The position numbers and the translations under genes are program-made. A DNA stretch of 64,000 nucleotides from the human T2T-CHM13v2.0 reference genome, Homo sapiens, in the NCBI RefSeq assembly GCF_009914755.1, contig NC_060932.1, one strand, 5' to 3'. The notes under the pieces are model-generated. The model had not been told where the DNA came from. It saw only the letters and a list, made by a program, of their open reading frames with translations, and did not search any database. Position 1 is the first letter of the stretch. Each line of letters opens with the position of its first letter. Shown one piece after another: positions 59,696 to 64,000 of the stretch.

Positions 59696-62381
59696 CTGTT
59701 TATTCTTTCACTATATTTTTGGAGCTGTTTTCTTAGGGATTACAGTTAACATTTTAAACAACTCGTTTGCATTAATACCACCTTAGTTTTAATAGTATAG
59801 AAAAAATTTTGCTCTACAGCTCTGTTCCCTTCCCACTCTTCTATATTACTATTGTCATGCAAATTTCACCTCTGTATTTTTAAAATCCATCAACAGCATT
59901 TTGTCATTATTATTTTATCCAGTTTTCTTTTAAATCAGAAGAAACAAGTTACTAGCAAAAATAAATTTACACTTTTACCTATGTAGTATACTTTGCAGTG
60001 CTTTTTCTTTGTATGTATTTGAAGAACTAGTTAGGGTCCTTTATTTCAGCCTAAAAAATTCACTTTATCATATCTCATAGAGCAGGTCTGCTAGTGATTA
60101 ATCCTCTCCATATCTGTTTATCTGGGAATGTCTTAATTTTCCTTCACTTTTGGAGGATAACTTTGCTGGATATGCAATTGTTGTTTGACAGTCATTTTCT
60201 TTCTACGCTTTGAGTATGTCATCCCACTGCCTGAAGTCTCCATGGTTTATAATGAGAAATCAGCTATTAGTTTTATTGAGGATTACTTTATTTGTGATGC
60301 ATCTTTTTTTTAAAAAAAAAAGATGTCTTCAACAGATTGATTATGGTCTTTCTAGGGATGGATCGCTGAGTTTATCCTACTTGGAGTTCATTGAACTTGT
60401 TTGATGTGTATAATTGTTTTCCATCAAATTTTGGAATTTGCTGGAATTATTTCTTTAAATATTCTTTCCGTCCCCTTCTCTCCCTCATCTCCTTTTAGAA
60501 CTATGATCATGTGTATGTTGGTGCCCTTGATGGTACCCCATGGAGCTTTTTAGATTCTCTTCATTTTTCTTCACACTTTTTAAATAATTTATACCTCTAT
60601 TGATGTTTTCTATTTGGTTAGACATCATTCCTATGTCTGTCCTTCTATTCTTTAGATATAATTTCCTTTAGTTCTTGGAACATATTTATAACAGCTGATT
60701 TAAAGTCTTTATCTAGTTAGTCCAACATCTGAGTTTTCTTATGGATAGTTTCTATTGATTACTTTTCCTATGCTTGAGCTATACTTTCCTCTTTCCTATA
60801 TATGTTCCTCTTTGCCTTTCTCTCTGTCTCTCCCCCTCTTTCTTCTACCCTCCTCCTTTCTCTGTGAAAACTGAACATTTAACATAATATAATAAGGCAA
60901 CTTTTAAAATCTGAACCCCTTCCTAGTTTTCATGTTTTTGCTGCTTGATTAGTGATTTTCTTGAGTGAGTTTTGTAAAGTCTGTATTCTTTGTCATGCGA
61001 GGCCACTGAAGTTTCTACTCAGTTAGCTAATTGTTAGTTAGCTAATTATTAGACAGAGATTTCCTTAAACACCTTGAACCAATCAGTCTCCCATGCTTTG
61101 TTCAGGGGCTGTATATGTATGTGTCCTGAGGCATGCCTTCAACACTCTGAAAGCTTACTACTATGCCTTAGTCTTCACTTCCTGTTTTGCAGGGCCTCAA
61201 AGGTCACCTACAGATACTCTTTTCAAATCTTTACTGCATATTTGCATGGTCTTCTAGATCCCCTGGAATATGTCAGATAAACATGTTTTCAAAGCCTGCT
61301 ACAGGTGTTTCGTTTTCTAGATTTTCCTTTTAAGATTTTTGGCCGTCCTCTTGTTTGCCCTAACTTGTATCACTGCCAGGGCAACTTTGATATATTAAAC
61401 AATTGCTGCTGATGTTTTCAACCAAAGCCCTGAGGATAACACGTTACAGAGATAATTATGAGTCAAGTCAAGTCAAGACATTTGTGAATCTGAATTTTCC
61501 AAAAAGTTTCCAGATAGAACAAATAATGACAATCATTGTTCTTTGTTTAGGATCTCCAAACCTGTTCTTTCCTCTTAGTGGTTTCTAGGCTCCTGATTTT
61601 CAGAGTTACCATGGCTGTGAAGCTGTTGGTTTTCAAGAGTACTGCGGAGCTGGGGTGAAAATGAAGGGGATCAGCTAAGTTAAAACATCACAAAGCAGTG
61701 AACAAAGCTCACGATTCTTACTGAGATTCAGTCACTTTGTATAAATGTTCCTTCAACTGTTGAAAACCTTTAGTTAATTTCCAGACTTATGATTATTTTT
61801 AATTTATTTTGTCAGATTTTATCAGTGTTTTTTTTTTTTTGTTTTTGCTTTTGTGGAGAAGTGGATTTTTGAAAGTCCTTGCTCTGCCATTCCAAAAGTG
61901 TTTCCTCTGGCCAAGAGAATTTAACTGACTTGTTCAAGGTCAACAGCTAGTTGATAATTAAGGCTTTATATGAACAGAGTTTTATGTCAAATTTGGTGAC
62001 CTTTCTGCTATAATAGGGGTAAATAAATTATAGGAAGTTAACTTCATTATATTCAAGTTTATATATGAGTGAAACTTCTGGGAAAAAATAACTCATGAGA
62101 AAACTCATGATGTCAATAACAATCAAGTTCCAAATTTTCAGATAATTATATTAATACAGGGCTAGAACAGCTTTCTCAGCATTCAAAACAAGCCATGAAT
62201 AATTTAAAGAAAAAAAGGAAAAGGAACTTGTGAGCTCTAAGCTGGGTTGAATCATTTATATGCAGATATGTGCACACACACTCACATTATAACTACAAAA
62301 CACAGAAGTGTGGTATGTCCAACAACCACCATTCTATGTATTATAAATTAGGCCAAAACAGAATGAATAAGAATGCACATT

Positions 62382-62684
<303 letters not shown>

Positions 62685-63223
62685 TCACTGACAGAGGAAT
62701 TGTGGAATGAACTGCACATTTTCTATTTGAGTCATATCAAAGTCATTCCACCATTTATTAATGGTTTACTATGTGCCCAGCAGTTCATATGGGAAGATAT
62801 GCTAACTGCTCCTCAGAATTTGTAGTTGAGACCCAGAATCAGATGAAGACTCAGCCAGCCCTGCATCCACTCTCATAAAACTGGTCCAGTAGTTACCATT
62901 ACTCCAAAATGCTGCTCAAATATTGGAAAAGCTTGAAGAATTCAAATCTCTGCCAACTCTGGGCTCCTGCCACCTGTCTCTACTCTTACTCCAACTCATG
63001 ATGGGATTAACCTTTAGCTTGTTTTCCACTTCTGGATTTGTGGCTGAGTAGACTTTATTCTGGTTCATGATATTTGGTAGTTGAAGCTGCCTTCACAACT
63101 ATTAGCCCCAGTTTCTGATTTGTCATTCTTCAATGATGCCCTTTTTTCCTGTGATACATGTTTTGACATGTAATCATAGATATTTCACACTAAAAGAAAC
63201 TTAGAACCACCATGCCTTAGAAC

Positions 63224-63859
63224 TGAAACTGAAAGCTAATCTGATTAGGCTCACCAATCTTGACCTGCCTTGCTTGTTCTTAGTCACTTGCTTTTAGTTG
63301 ATTTTAAAAACCATATAGCTAAAAGTCATGTAGCTAAACAATATATAACTAAACTCCCACCATCTTTCTTATAGACGGTATCTCTGATGCATAGGTCACC
63401 ATGGAAATGTTTGCTTAAGGTGTTTTCCAGGAACTTGGAGTCAGCTCTTGTCCAGTTCAAGCTAGCTGAGACCACTGACCCTTCAACTGGACCTGAGTGA
63501 ATGTCCAATGGGTGACTTTTTGAGGTCAGAGGGCCAAAATCTCCACCCTCAGATCATGGTAATGCTATTTTGTGAACATGCATCCCATGAAGAGCTATGA
63601 CGCTTGACTACATTCGCACAGATCACTCATTACCTCATTTTTCCTTATACCCAATCACCTTTCCCCATGCTTCAGACCACCTTGCTCCTCTATCCCATAA
63701 ATGTCCCTAAAACACCATCTCCAAGGAGACAGATTTGAGAGCTGTTCTCCCATCTCCTCACTTAGCTGCCTTGTGAATAAAATCTTTTCTCCACTGCAAA
63801 CTTGTCATGTCAGCAATTGGCTTACTGTGCAACAGGCAGAATGAGCCTGGTTTTGTACA
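63224..63859 (+). mobile_element. ERV1 (MER4-group) solo LTR
   Basis: 636 bp, TG...CA; AATAAA near 63776; 4-bp TSD gaac at 63220-63223 and 63860-63863. Confidence 0.8.
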
Positions 63860-64000
63860 GAACCACACACACCATTCTTTCAACAAGCTATGACTGAATA
63901 GCTATGATCAAAGTGAAAAAGACAGTCTTGGCCTTCATGGAGCTAATAGTAAAGCAAAAACGGGGCTCCAAGAACACTGGTTTAGCTGGAGGGGCTCAGC

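Overview
Human genomic DNA (a consensus-like AluYa5, an SVA, primate L1PA, THE1 and ERV1 LTRs), AT-rich and repeat-dense. I can support no intact protein-coding gene: the longest ORFs in the track arise from Alus, LTRs, L1 and a GA-rich tract, and none of the rest resembles a protein I recognise. The one gene-derived feature is a full-length processed BTF3 (NAC-beta) pseudogene on the minus strand (14801-16587). It has its own TSD and is interrupted by an L1PA 3' end and an LTR1-like solo LTR. The most notable structures are retrotransposition products: a 5'-truncated SVA with a broken poly(A) signal and an approximately 540-bp 3' transduction, an L1 stub carrying what looks like a serial 3' transduction with three A-tracts, a solo LTR flanked by an approximately 65-bp duplication, a young AluYa5 tail-to-tail with an older Alu, and a hairpin inside the pseudogene that may come from template switching. 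Repeat subfamily names come from recalled consensus sequences and need RepeatMasker/Dfam confirmation. I found no convincing new biological system.
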